Shown here: positions 29,301 to 40,247 of the stretch, in pieces
How positions within the stretch are numbered: position 1 is the stretch's first letter
How the letters are laid out: every line of letters starts with the position of its first letter
Source of the DNA: Candidatus Poribacteria bacterium
Lineage (GTDB): Bacteria > Poribacteria > WGA-4E > WGA-3G
Reading direction: 5' to 3'
Assembly (NCBI GenBank): GCA_963663765.2
Contig: CAXXUA010000003.1
Span: 1-64,000, forward strand
DNA: 64,000 nucleotides
Notes under the pieces: model-generated
Told to the model about the DNA's origin: nothing
The model's database searches: none
What the model saw: the letters and a program-made list of their open reading frames with translations, nothing else
Made by a program: the position numbers and the translations under genes

Positions 29301-29487
29301 TGATCGGATTAAGCTGAGTGTGAACACATCTTCCTCGCTTGTGGCGGAAGCGTTTGAGGTGCATCGGGATTATATCCTCACAGAAACGTTGACAATAGAG
29401 GTGGTTGAATCGCCGAGTGAAAAGGCGTTTAGTCTTGAACAGAAACTTAACAGTGAACTGGCGACGCTGAGCGTTGAGCAGGTGTAG
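26344..29487 (+). CDS. ileS: Isoleucine--tRNA ligase, type 2
   Basis: EGPPFAN..GVHH, GWDTHGLP, WTTTPWTLPSN, DWGLSRERYWGTP, DQTRGWFY and KMSKS motifs. IleRS2-type C-terminus. RBS AAGGA before ATG 26344. Confidence 0.97.
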   Translation: MFEEVSPQFTFAEKEKQTLAFWRNHDIFQKSMEMHKDAPSFVFLEGPPFANAPPGVHHVLARIMKDAVCRYKTMTGHYVHRKAGWDTHGLPVEYQVEKQLNITNKAELEAYGVQNFIEKCKENVFQYEQDWREMTERIGFWVNLDEAYITLSNDYIESVWWVLRQAWDKKLLYQGHKVQPYCYRCGTTLASHEVALGYQEVADPSIFVRFPLKNRENSYLLVWTTTPWTLPSNVAVAVGKDYDYVAVEHNGQHLILANECIPSLFGEEFPKIVETYKGSDLRDWEYEPLFDSGKHEERSHYIVTDDFVTTTEGSGLVHIAPAFGQDDYDIGQKYNLPFVQLVGDDGKFVNEVKDEWVGEYVKNADPKIIANLDKRGLLFKETEYTHQYPFCWRCDNPLLYYARESWFIRTTAIRDQMQQHNQEINWYPEHIKDGRFGNWLENNIDWGLSRERYWGTPLPVWICDDCGHQHCIGSIAELKELGTDVPDDIELHRPYVDEVVLTCEKCNGKMHRIQDVIDCWFDSGCAHTAQWHYPFENRELFEQAYPADFISEAIDQTRGWFYSLLATGTLLYDKPAYKNCLCLELILASDGQKMSKSRGNTVDPWTILDKQGADAMRWYMFTASPPWAQRTFKIEGVDEALKKFMGTFHNVYSFFVMYANLEQVDVLKHAPPVAERAIVDSWILSRLHTLIKRVREDMENYQLTNAPRAIEAFVDDLSNWYVRRSRDRFWGAEAGQDKQAAYATLYEVLVTVAKLSAPFIPFLSDELYRNLVGSLAPDAPVSVHLAEYPVVDAALIDAELENDMAFTREVISMGHAARNRSGIKTRQPLAEVTLGGLSDAEKETIHRLSSFVHDELNVKEIVFTEELNTYAQVTLKPNFKVLGPKYGKGVQAIAKALATADAMQLKAELEANGSLQIEESGETYTVESSEIDVRTENREGFFVEVDSSKFVALSTELTHELVLEGMARELVNKIQNMRKEADFNVSDRIKLSVNTSSSLVAEAFEVHRDYILTETLTIEVVESPSEKAFSLEQKLNSELATLSVEQV

Positions 29488-29522
29488 AACACGACCTGTA
29501 TCTAAAAGCACTGCCTAAGTGT

Positions 29523-29567
29523 ATATCTTCACCCCTACAGTAGGGAAAAGTGCACGGGTGAAGATAT
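29523..29567. terminator. Stem-loop after ileS
   Basis: 12-bp perfect IR ATATCTTCACCC/GGGTGAAGATAT. No clear U-tract. Confidence 0.45.
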
Positions 29568-29785
29568 TGTACATCATAGACACTTAATAATATGGTTACT
29601 GCTATTCTGGTTCATTATCATAGTTCATTATCATAATCATATGCGTAATCTTCTTGATTTGTGATTTTACATTGAGCATAGCCTGTGATGTTAGCATCAT
29701 CACCACCGCTCCCCCAAACTGTTTTGGTTGTGTTGTCAGTCCATCTAAACCCTTTTTTATTTCTGGCTTTGTAATTCCATCCTAT

Positions 29786-29984
29786 GAACTCATATTGAGT
29801 AAAACATAAAGATGTGGTAAAATAGGGAAAGAAAAGTGGATACTTTACGTCCCTTTATTTCCACTTCAGATATTCATATTATGAGAAGTGTAATTATGAC
29901 AGACAAGACACAAAAACAACCGAAATACAAAAGTATTCCGAAGCAGGTTTCCCGTAAGGACTTCAATAAGTATATTTTACCACA
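29786..29984 (+). mobile_element. Left-end fragment of IS5-family element
   Basis: Matches the reverse complement of about 38790-38988, including TIR GAACTCATATTGAGTAA and transposase start MTDKTQKQPKY. Confidence 0.85.
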
Positions 29985-30430
29985 ACGGATTTGGAGGCAA
30001 ATACAAATTATGTTGTAGAGCTTCGTGCTCACAATAGTGTAGGTGAAGGTCCTGCCATTTCTAGGAAATTCAGAACGAAAGCCTTTAGCTCGAGTTTATC
30101 TTTGACGTATACCAGCAGCACAGGTTCTGTGTCCATGACTGCCACTGCCAATGCACCGATTTTCGGTGGGGATCTGTATATATATTTTCCAGATCGCACC
30201 TATGATTGGAGGAATGAATATGGCACGAAAATCGGTTGGACTTCTGGGAATAGCAATGCGATGACGTATTCATTACCAGTTAATTATTCATTATAAATTA
30301 TTCATTTCCGGCATCTGCTGCATCTGGGACGTGTAAGTTCACGTTACGTGTGAATCCATTTAATAACAGTGGATCGGGTGTTGCGTGGGGTGTTCCGTAT
30401 GATGTTTTTGAAAATGTTACTGTTGACTGA
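29985..30430 (+). pseudogene. Remnant 3' part of a fibronectin type III protein gene
   Basis: LEANTNYVVELRAHNSVGEGP FN3 signature. Frameshift near 30296. The 5' part is replaced by the IS fragment. Confidence 0.65.
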
Positions 30431-30453
30431 AAACTATTGCCTTGAAAACTATC

Positions 30454-30490
30454 AGGCAGGTATCCTTTTTGGGTATCTGCCTTTTTTCTT
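30454..30490 (+). terminator. Rho-independent terminator
   Basis: AGGCAGGTATCC-loop-GGGTATCTGCCT followed by a T-run. Confidence 0.85.
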
Positions 30491-30813
30491 TTGTGAGTTC
30501 CATGTTACAAAAACAGGTGTCAGAGGTTATATCACATAGAAAAAGTATCATCTAAGCAATAACATTAGTCACAGAAATCTTATCATGCTAATCTGTAAAT
30601 CCTGAAAATCCTGGTTCAGACAGAATCACCGGTTTCGCGGATAAGACTTCTCTATCAACAGTTTTGGCACAAGAATAACGCAACATAAGCAAAACGATCT
30701 CGTCAGGTGTCTTCTCAGTGTAATCCGTGTAATCCGCGATTCAGAAGCGAATTCCGTGTAATCCGAGATACAGAATACATGCAAAAAACTTTACACATCT
30801 TGTTTTGATTGCT

Positions 30814-32036
30814 CAGGGTTATTTAGTATTAGGAGTTTTGGTTGTTTTTTATCACAATCGTTAATATTTTTGGATATACAGATATAGCGTGATTTATCGC
30901 GCTATATCTGCTTTACTTCACCTTAAAAATTCTACCTTTGAGGTGAAAAATGCCAGAGAAAAACTCTCGACACTTGTTAGATAGATTAGCAGAAATTTAA
31001 GACCCGCGCAACAATAAAGGAAAACGACAGGATTATTCAGCTTTCAATTTATTGAGTAAATTCTATCACAGTTGTTAATCCTTGAGTTAGCTTATTTTTG
31101 GGAGTTAACCCATTCTTTGTCTGAACCAGGATTCTCAGGATTACCACATTTTCAGGATTTACCTCGTCAAGGGTTTTTGACATGTGTTTATGCCCTCTTT
31201 TGGAATAGGATCTGATGAGAAAAATCTTGATAATCTGGTAATCCTGAAATTCCTAGTTCAGACCAAAATCAAGAATACCATAAAAATCCTATATAATTAC
31301 TAATCTTAACCCAAAGTTAATTTACATAACGATAGATTCTTAAAACTGAATAACCCTGGGAAAACGACACCCATTGAAATCAATCCTCGGACTTAACATT
31401 ATTGGTTTTATGACTGGACATAAGGGATATACATCCATCGCAACTTGGGCCCGAACCCAACCAGACCTCGCAAGAACACTCGGTTTTACACAAGAAAACA
31501 CCTTGTCCCGCAACAATGCATAATGTTCTAAAAGATTTAGATGCTGATTCTGTTGAAAAGACATTTACAGACTGAGTAGAAGACGTTTGTAAAAGTCGAC
31601 CTGATTAAGAAGGTTGTTTTGACGCAGTCGCTATAGACGGTAAAATGATGCGTGCCAGTAAGAAAAGTGGAACGACAATAAGCCATTTACTCTCTGTTGT
31701 GTCTCATGAGTTAGGGGTTACACTGACACAACAAGGTGTCAGTGGCAAAACCAACGAAATATCGATATCAACAGAGGTTCTCAATAACATTGATGTGAGG
31801 GGTAAAGTTATCACAACAGCAGGGTTATTCAGTTTTAGGCATATTAGCTGTTTCCTGAGAAAATCGCGACCGGGAGGTCGCTCCTACCGCGGGGTTTCTT
31901 TTTTGAAAAATCCAAAAATTAGGAAAACTAAATAACCCTGCAGACAAAGAATGCGATAACGCCTCAAAATAAGCAAACCGATGGACCAACGCCTGTGATA
32001 AAATTTACTCAAAATATCAAATACTGAATTACCCTG
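30814..32036 (+). mobile_element. Decayed ISAs1-family element with two nested MITE-C copies
   Basis: Ends CAGGGTTATT / AATTACCCTG. Transposase remnants from ATG 30950 (DPRNNKGKR|HPLKSIL; VAIDGK; KTNEI; GKVITT). MITEs at 31028-31358 (TSD GGAAAACGA) and 31820-31940. Confidence 0.8.
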
Positions 32037-32916
32037 AAGTCCTGTGGATATAGCTTGTTTTTTTGGAAAACACCCTATTATTAAATAGCAACATATAGAC
32101 TAAAAGAAAAAAAAATTTGACATTATAATAAAAAATGTCGTATTATAACTATTGTAAAGTTTAGAACTTATTGGATGACTGCTTCGGTAGAATGCACCAG
32201 ATCAAGGGTTAGTGAGGGTAAAAAGTCGCTATTTCTGTGATTTACCTTCATCCTCCCACACGTTATTTCTCACACATGAGGATTTAATAATGATTAACCG
32301 ATATATGGAAACAGCAAACCAAAAAGTGTACACGTAAAGTGAACACCTTTTGGTCCAATTTTTTGAGAAGATATTATCTGCGTATTGGACTTGGTAGGTT
32401 TGTTTTAACTATACTAAACTATAAGTTATTACCCTCCCCCTTTCAATTCACATTCGTTAATATATATTATTTACAAAGTCTTCCCGCAAACATTCGGTTT
32501 GTGGTATTTTCGTGCCCGCACATTTCGTCGCGGGCTTTTGTAGTTGCATTGAGGGATACTTCAATGCATCTTATGCCAAACGTAAGGCGTATTCTTGTAC
32601 AGCAAATACACATTGTGCAAAATATACTTGAAAATAGTACATGGCACTGTTTTTTGGAATCGGTGCGGGTGTCCTATTATAGTACCGGCACAGAATTAAC
32701 AGTCAATAAGCAGTGTACATCCAGAGAAAGTTTTAGTTATAAACAACCTTGTCTGGATATCTTATGGCATGAGGATTGTGATAAAGGTATAATGGGGCTC
32801 TATTCCCATCCGATACTCAACAATGATTGTCCGAATCAACATCAACGCGGTCCTTGTGATGCTATGGAAAAAGGAAACTTTTAAAATATGACACCCTGTG
32901 CACTTAGGAGGAAAAA

Positions 32917-33945
32917 TTGATGTATAAAAAGTTAACATGGGGACTCAGTGTCCTCATCGTCCTCTTTATAGGATTTATGTTTTATGTTTACTATGATTAC
33001 GCCAAATTCAAGGAAAACTTGGCAGCCGATAGTGAATACACTAATGTTGATGACGTTGAAACTGAGAAACAGAAAGATGCACAACACGTCGCAATAGGTG
33101 ACGCACCACACCCACCTCCGCGCGCTGCGAAAGAAGGCTACGTTTGGGAATGGCATGAGGATCACTGGCAAGAAATGCCTATTGTTGGAGAAGTAGGAAA
33201 ATCAACTGGAGAATTTAAAAGAGTTAAAGAATTTGTTGGTGTAAGTTTTGCATTGCCACCGTCATCAGTGCCTGATGATATACCTGAAGAACTCAAGCTC
33301 CCACCAGAACTTAATCTTGATGTTTATGCTGGATATCAAGACCCTCCTGAAATTGAGAATCTTGAGGAGAAAGCCTATCAACTTCTGGCTTTACTTCAAA
33401 ATATTGTTCAATACCAAAATAAGAATAGGCCTATGGTCGAAATTTGGAGTAAGTTCATAGAATATGAAAAAATGTACCGTGTTTATGCTGAAAATGATCT
33501 TAGTTTAACACTTAATATGGGTTTTGGTTTTGGACGTCCTGAATGGCAATATGAACAGACTTGGGCATTTCCTGAAATTATGGGTAAATTACTTGAAGCG
33601 GATTTACATGTACCAAGAGGAAATGAGAATCCATTAATGGCCACATGGCAGGTGGAAATGGGGATTATGAGTCCCGATTGGAATAAAATAACTTTAAAAG
33701 ATGGACGGCCATTTTTTGTAAAGGGAAAAACAAAGTATGAGTTTAGATATATTGGTATCGATTCAAAAGTAACTTCTGGGTTTAGTAGAACATCGGATGC
33801 TGATGCTCCTTTAATTACTATTGATGTTTTAAATACATCGGACGAAGAATTAAAAGAGTTTATGGGATGGGATTATAGTATAAACCCATTAACATTAGAA
33901 CCAATTAATTACGAAGTTTACATTTCTCCATATAATCTACAATAA
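32917..33945 (+). CDS. Hypothetical N-terminally membrane-anchored protein
   Basis: RBS AGGAGG, single N-terminal TM helix, 342-aa ORF. No family recognised. Confidence 0.75.
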   Translation: MMYKKLTWGLSVLIVLFIGFMFYVYYDYAKFKENLAADSEYTNVDDVETEKQKDAQHVAIGDAPHPPPRAAKEGYVWEWHEDHWQEMPIVGEVGKSTGEFKRVKEFVGVSFALPPSSVPDDIPEELKLPPELNLDVYAGYQDPPEIENLEEKAYQLLALLQNIVQYQNKNRPMVEIWSKFIEYEKMYRVYAENDLSLTLNMGFGFGRPEWQYEQTWAFPEIMGKLLEADLHVPRGNENPLMATWQVEMGIMSPDWNKITLKDGRPFFVKGKTKYEFRYIGIDSKVTSGFSRTSDADAPLITIDVLNTSDEELKEFMGWDYSINPLTLEPINYEVYISPYNLQ

Positions 33946-34119
33946 TGAGTAATATAAAGAATATAAATTTGTGAATCAGAAAACAATTTTTCTTCCTTTC
34001 TTTCATTAATTTACGAAATCTTTATGTCTTACTTAATATGAATTCACATTCAACAAGAGGATAATATAATGAAAAAGTTCTTTTTATGTTTTATTGTATT
34101 GATATTTGCAATGGTATTA

Positions 34120-34995
34120 CAGCGTATCTCATAAATATTAGTTGGTGTGTTTTTTCTTTTAAACGTTAATCATCTCTGTTAAACTATTTCTATTTCTACT
34201 AAGAGTAAGGAGATGATTTGAATGGAATTAAGTGATGAGCAATGGCAGATTCTTGAACCATTATTGCCTGAATATCCATCAGATAAACCCGGAAGACCTT
34301 GGCGTAGTCATAGAGAAGTGTTAGATGGGATACTCTGGGTGTTGCGCACAGGGGCACCTTGGCGGGATTTACCAGAAAAGTATCCACCTTATCAAACCTG
34401 TCATCGTCGTTTCAAGCAATGGTCTATGGACGGAACATTTGAAAAAATAGAGATGGCACTCATGGAAATACTTGAAAAACGAAAACAAATAAATATGAGT
34501 GAGTGCAGTATTGATGCAAAGTTTGTTCCAGCCAAGAAAGGTGGTGAGTGTGTAGGTAAGACAAAGTGCGGTAAAGGGACAAAACTGGTAGCGATTACAG
34601 AAAAGCGTGGCAGACCTGTGAGTGTTTTGATCACAAGTGCGTCCTGTCATGAAGTGCGTCTGGTTGAACCGGCATTGGATGCTTGTTGGACATCCGAACC
34701 TCCTGCGGTCTTGATAGGAGACAAAGCCTATGACTCTGACCCTTTAGATGCTGCTCTGAGATGTCGTGGCACTGAAATGGTGTCACCGCATAAGAAAAAT
34801 CGAAAGAAACCGGCTACACAGGATGGTCGTCGTTTACGACGATATAAGCGTCGTTTTAAAGTAGAACGATTTTTCAGTTGGTTAGAAGACTTTCGGCGGT
34901 TAGTCGTTCGTTGGGAATATTATGCTGAATTGTATTTAGGTTTTGTGCTTCTTGCATGTATAAGCATGCAACTAAAATATTTATGAGATACGCTG
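34120..34995 (+). mobile_element. Complete IS5-family insertion sequence
   Basis: Perfect 20-bp TIR CAGCGTATCTCATAAATATT and a TA duplication. Confidence 0.95.
34222..34986 (+). CDS. IS5-family transposase
   Basis: LSDEQW..GILWVLRTGAPWRDLP..TCHRRF; SIDAKF, GDKAYDS, YKRRFKVERFFSWL..FRRL. Single open frame. Confidence 0.95.
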   Translation: MELSDEQWQILEPLLPEYPSDKPGRPWRSHREVLDGILWVLRTGAPWRDLPEKYPPYQTCHRRFKQWSMDGTFEKIEMALMEILEKRKQINMSECSIDAKFVPAKKGGECVGKTKCGKGTKLVAITEKRGRPVSVLITSASCHEVRLVEPALDACWTSEPPAVLIGDKAYDSDPLDAALRCRGTEMVSPHKKNRKKPATQDGRRLRRYKRRFKVERFFSWLEDFRRLVVRWEYYAELYLGFVLLACISMQLKYL

Positions 34996-36103
34996 TAGTA
35001 TTACCATCTTTCTCACGTGTTTTAGTTACAAAGACAGTTGAACGCACAAATGATCCGGCTGATAATGGCGTAATAAAAGGTATTATAGTTACTACGGCAT
35101 CCTATACTATTACTGATTTAAGCAATAATCAAATTAAGTCTGAGGTTAGTAGTTCTGTAGAGATGATTTGTGTAGCACAAGGTAATTTTATTGGAGTTGC
35201 TACGTATAAAGGGACAGCTGACATGAATAGTTCAAAAGCTTTTATTGCTTTGGCCTCAGAGCCTGATAATATAGACGCAGGCAAAGTCAAGCTGATTAAT
35301 GATAATGGTATACCAATTACTTTATCAACTGAACATTTTAAATACTTTCGGGGTAGATCAGGAAAAGGCGAATTAACAGATCTATTAGTAACATATCCAC
35401 AAGTAGATCCCATGTTGTATACAGGAATAACACAACATGGGGTAGTCCAAGATTCTAGTGTTACTTTTTTGATTTTTTCTATAGGAAATCCCGGAAGAAA
35501 CCTGAACGTCTCAGAGAGTGCAGAATTAATAAAGAGTATTCCCGATAAAAATGGTGATGATAGCATTGACTATCATGATGATATTGATGGCGATTTAGAT
35601 TTCGATGATGATGATAGTATAGCGTTATTTGCACCTTATGCAATGGCATGTGGGGAGGCATATAATCAAACGATGACTGCGTTGATTGATAATCATGTTC
35701 CTAGTGTATGTGCTGATACATCAATGCCGGAAAATGAGGGTGAAGAAGAGAACAATAACGAAGGTGAGGGTAATGCTGGTGATTCGGATGATGGGCTGGA
35801 ACTGGCAACATCTACACATTTAGTGCCAGATGCCCCAACAAATTTGAGTGGCTACGGATACAATGGGTGGGTCAGTTTAGATTTCTTGTACCCAAGCAGT
35901 GATGGCGGTGCAACTATCACCGATTACGAATATCGGTATAGTGTTACTGATGGCACTTATAGTGATTGGACATCCTGGGGCAATACCTACAACCTTAATT
36001 CTGTTTATAATTTGACCAATGGTGTTCAATATCAGTTTCAAGTACGTGCTGTTAATAGCGTGGGAGTCAGCACAGAATCAAATACGGCTTATGCGACTCC
36101 CGT

Positions 36104-36715
36104 CGCAACGGTGCCGGGTATACTAACATTTTTCAGTGCAAGTGCGCTTTCTTCGGGTACCGGTATTTATTTGTTGTATGGGGCACCCACATCGGATGGG
36201 GGTTCTGCGATAACCGATTATGAATATCAGTATAGAAAGAGCACAGGGACTAACACTTGGGGGGCTTGGTCTTCGTGGACTTCTGCGGGAACACACAAGT
36301 CAGCAGGGATAGGGGGACTGTCAAGTGGAACCACGTATGGTGTTCGTATGCGTGCTGTCAACGGCGTGGGTGCAGGCTCAGCTACAGAAACAACACTTGT
36401 CACAACCGCAACGGTGCCGGGTATACTAACATTTTTCAGTGCAAGTGCGCTTTCTTCGGGTACCGGTATTTATTTGTTGTATGGGGCACCCACATCGGAT
36501 GGGGGTTCTGCGATAACCGATTATGAATATCAGTATAGAAAGAGCACAGGGACTAACACTTGGGGGGCTTGGTCTTCGTGGACTTCTGCGGGAACACACA
36601 AGTCAGCAGGGATAGGGGGACTGTCAAGTGGAACCACGTATGGTGTTCGTATGCGTGCTGTCAACGGCGTGGGTGCAGGCTCAGCTACAGAAACAACACT
36701 TGTCACAACCGCAAC
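36104..36715 (+). repeat. Exact 303-bp tandem duplication of one FN3 domain
   Basis: 36104-36406 is identical to 36407-36709. Bounded by CGCAAC microhomology. Confidence 0.92.
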
Positions 36716-37034
36716 ACCCATGTAGTTTCAGGTTAGTCCCGGGTTATAGGTACATCAGGTTATATTGGACAGATTCTGATTCGGATGGCGAGTTCTGAGA
36801 TAATGACTTATGTGTATCAGTATAAATCCAGCACGAATGGTCGTCTGAGTTGGAGTTCTTGGTCTGAATGGAAATCTGGTGGCATAGATAACTTTGCTTT
36901 GATATCGCGTTTGTCTCGTCGCACGGATTATGCGGTGCGTATGCGTGCTAAAAAAACGTAGGTGTGAGTAGGGGCATAGGTATTAAGATTGTAAAACTAA
37001 ATAATAACTAGCTTCACCCTCTACCAATCTTTTT

Positions 37035-37074
37035 AGGCAGGTATCCGTTTTGGGTATCTGCCTTTTTTCTTTTT
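37035..37074 (+). terminator. Rho-independent terminator
   Basis: Near-identical to the 30454-30490 hairpin and T-run. Confidence 0.85.
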
Positions 37075-37481
37075 GTGAGTTCTATGTTACTAAAACAGGT
37101 GCAAGAGGTTATATCACATAGAATAAGCATCATCTAAGCAATATCATTAGTCGCAGAAATCTTATCCTGAAAATCCTGGTTCAGACAGAAACTCAGAATA
37201 CGCGGATAAAACACCAGCAATAGATAGCATTGCTTAGTTAACGCTTTTTCTATGCATTACAACCAAATCCAGAAATCTTATCTGCGTAATCTGCATAATC
37301 CGTGAAATCCGCGATTCAAATACATGCAGAAAACTTTACACCCCTAAGTGGTTTTCTTGCTAAGTATTTATTATATGTTTCCATTGATGATCTACTACTA
37401 AAACAGATGACTACTGGGTTCTTCAGCATTGGACCTTTATTTTATGCTAAAATTAATTGCCGAAAGAACCACTAAGTCCTG

Positions 37482-37787
37482 CAGGGTTATTCAATTTTAG
37501 GTATTTTTGATGATAGTTTACTATAACGTTAATTTTATGTGTTACCGTCTTGTCCATGTCTATAGTCCCGTAGGGATGATATGTTTATAGAAAAATGTTA
37601 TCAACCAATCTTGAGTTCCGTAGGAACTGCATAGAAGAATAAACATATCGTCCCTACGGGACTAAAGAACGATGTGCATGTTTCAATAATCTAAATTGAT
37701 GTATAAGGTGTAGTTAGTAAACCACATTGGGGTATTAACTTTCAGTAAATCTCAATAACAGAGAACTCTTAAAACTGAATAACCCTG
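37482..37787. mobile_element. MITE-C
   Basis: TIR CAGGGTTATTCA/TGAATAACCCTG. 9-bp TSD TAAGTCCTG. Internal AGTCCCGTAGGGA REPs. Confidence 0.88.
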
Positions 37788-37985
37788 TAAGTCCTGATTT
37801 TAACTTGACATAGTCTTATCAATTTAGTATAATTATCTATGATATTTCATGTTCATTAAACGGTTTCCTAAATGTTTCCACCGTGGGAATGTTCAGTTAT
37901 TCTTTGGTTCCACCATAATAAGTAATTCTTCAACAACTAAAAAATATGCACCCTTACCTGCACAAAATCGCGTCATAATATATAT

Positions 37986-38988
37986 GAACTCATAGCGAGT
38001 AACATCTAATCATTGTTGAAAGTTACCCGATAGTTTATCATTGAATATGCTAAATTGCGAAAACCTAAACGGGTTTCTTTGAGTTTGTCATAACTTAGAA
38101 CGAGTCTTCGGTAAGTATCTTGCCAACCGAATGTTCGTTCCACTTTATATCGGTCTTTGTAGATTTCTTTATTAAACCAACGAAACTTGCGAGCAATAAC
38201 AATCGGTTCTTTCGCATTCCGTCGGTTCGGGTAAATCACTGGAAGCAAACCCTGTTCTTTGATAAGCTTATGATTCACTTTAGAGTCAAAACCAGAATCC
38301 AATGTTAGAGCAGAACCGCTCAGATCCATGCCAATCCTAAGGCTAAAGGTGATGAGTTCGCTGAACGCTTCGGGCAAAATAGTTGTATCGTGTTCATTGA
38401 CCGGTTTGACCGTTATCGGACCAATGATGAACCCTTGATTGTCAGTGATGGTCAACTCTTTTTCACCTTTCTGATGTTTGTGTCCCGAATAACCGCTGCC
38501 GTCTCCCCTTTTTTTACGACGGTATTTGACCCATCACCATGAAGTTGAGTGGTGTCAAGTTGGTCGGTATCATGAAGATGTATTATAGATGCTTCAAAAA
38601 GTTTCTCATAAGAACCATCTTTTGACCACCGACTATGCCATTTATAGACGTTAGACCAATGGAGTTCATTACGCCGGGTTCGGAGTTGATTCCATTGAAT
38701 ACCCGTATGTAAAACATAGAGGATATAGTTGAATATCTTGTAAGGGGAAAGTTTCGGTTTTGGACCTTTTACGCGTTTTGATAAATGTGGTGAATATATT
38801 GGTTAAAATCCTTACGTGAAACCTGCTTCGGAATACCGTTATATTTTGGCTGTTTTTGTCCTTTGTCTGTCATAATAACATCTCTCAACAATATGAATTA
38901 ATATCTGAAGTGGAAATAAAGGGACGTAGAGTATCCTCTTTTCTTTCCCTATTTTACCACATCTTTATGTTTTACTCAATATGAGTTC
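37986..38988 (-). mobile_element. IS5-family element with frameshifted transposase
   Basis: TIR GAACTCATA(GC/TT)GAGTAA. ORF from 38873 (ILYVLHTGIQW, HGDGSNT, LDSGFDS, YKVERTFGW). A7G4 slippery site near 38510 and an extra 1-nt loss near 38795. Confidence 0.85.
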
Positions 38989-39011
38989 TATATTAATACC
39001 TTCGTAATTAA

Positions 39012-39323
39012 CAATACCTTCGCCAATAATAGACATTCTTCCAGATTGTGCGGTCAGTTGTAGCACATTCTTCCAGATTGTGCGGTCAGTTGTAGCACAT
39101 TCTGCCAGATTGTGCGGTCAGTTGTAGCACATTCTTCCAGATTGTGCATATAAATTATTCTGTCAGATTCTATCGTCAAATTAGACGCTATGATAATTAA
39201 AAATACTTCAACGAAAACCTGAAGTTATTTTTATTTATGTAATCCTAACAATATCACAGAGCAATGGTAGATCAACACTATATACTCATTCAACTGAAGC
39301 ACTCAATAATGGCGAAGGTATTG
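39012..39323. mobile_element. MITE-B
   Basis: Same TIRs and body as 22208-22555. Confidence 0.88.
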
Positions 39324-39655
39324 TAGTGAAATATACAATTAATTTTACACTTGTTCTGGGGTGTGTAAAGATTTTGCACAGAGGTACAAACTTTTGGTCT
39401 CTTTAGTCCCGTAGGGACGCAATGTTTATAGATAGGTGTAATCACCCTCTCTTGAGTTCCGTAGGAACGACATAGAAGAATAAACATATCGTCCCTACGG
39501 GACTAAAGAACTGGGAAGGGTACTTGTTTTCTATAAACATATCGTCCCTACGGGACTGAAGAGTATGGTTGATATTAACAATATTTCCTTGACACCTATG
39601 GGTCTCTGTGCCCGCAATCTCTCATTTATACAGTTGCGGCGGGGTACAGAGACCC

Positions 39656-39994
39656 CATAGGTGTCAAATTAAGAAAATATTGTTTGCATTTTCTCTTGTG
39701 GGAGGGGTTTTCAACCCCGATTTGAGCGGAAATGCACTAAAAAATCGGGGTTGAAAACCCATCCCACAAGAGGTAAAATCCTTAATTTGACACCTATGCG
39801 GCGGGGTACAGAGACCCCATAGGTGTCAAATTAAGAAAATATTGTTTGCATTTTCTCTTGTGGGAGGGGTTTTCAACCCCGATTTGAGCGGAAATGCACT
39901 AAAAAATCCAAATCAACGTCAGAAGCGCGTTTGGCTTCTGTCGGGGTTGAAAACCCCTCCCACAAGAGGTAAAATCCTTAAGTTGACACCTATG
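39656..39994. mobile_element. Two tandem MITE-A copies in a GCGGGGTACAGAGACCCCGC REP
   Basis: Copies at 39656-39798 and 39818-39994, bracketed by three copies of the 19-mer CGGCGGGGTACAGAGACCC. Confidence 0.85.
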
Positions 39995-40247
39995 CGGCGG
40001 GGTACAGAGACCCCGCTCTACAATGGAGAATGTGCAGTTTGTGCAAAAACTTTACACACCCCACACCAACACCCGATTTTTGAGAATCCCCCGATCCACA
40101 AGGCAAACAATATTCATCAAGATTATTAGATGATGGATGGTTAAATGATTCATCGGAAGAATACCCCAAAACTCCAATGAAAAAAGCAATAAAAAGCAAG
40201 GTAAGAAAATTGTAATATTACTTCGTTTTCAAAAAAGTATAAACTCT

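Larger units (their letters stand above)
34069..36725 (+). pseudogene. Secreted fibronectin type III repeat protein interrupted by IS5
   Basis: Signal peptide MKKFFLCFIVLIFAMVL (34069-34119) rejoins VLPSFSRV (34998) in frame. Three FN3 domains (SDGG..ITDYEY..VRAVN.VG). A degenerate fourth FN3 extends to about 37006. Confidence 0.85.

Noticed and set aside
32339-32884. 181-aa ORF
   Set aside because: GTG start without a clear RBS, no recognisable motifs, and it spans a terminator-like hairpin.
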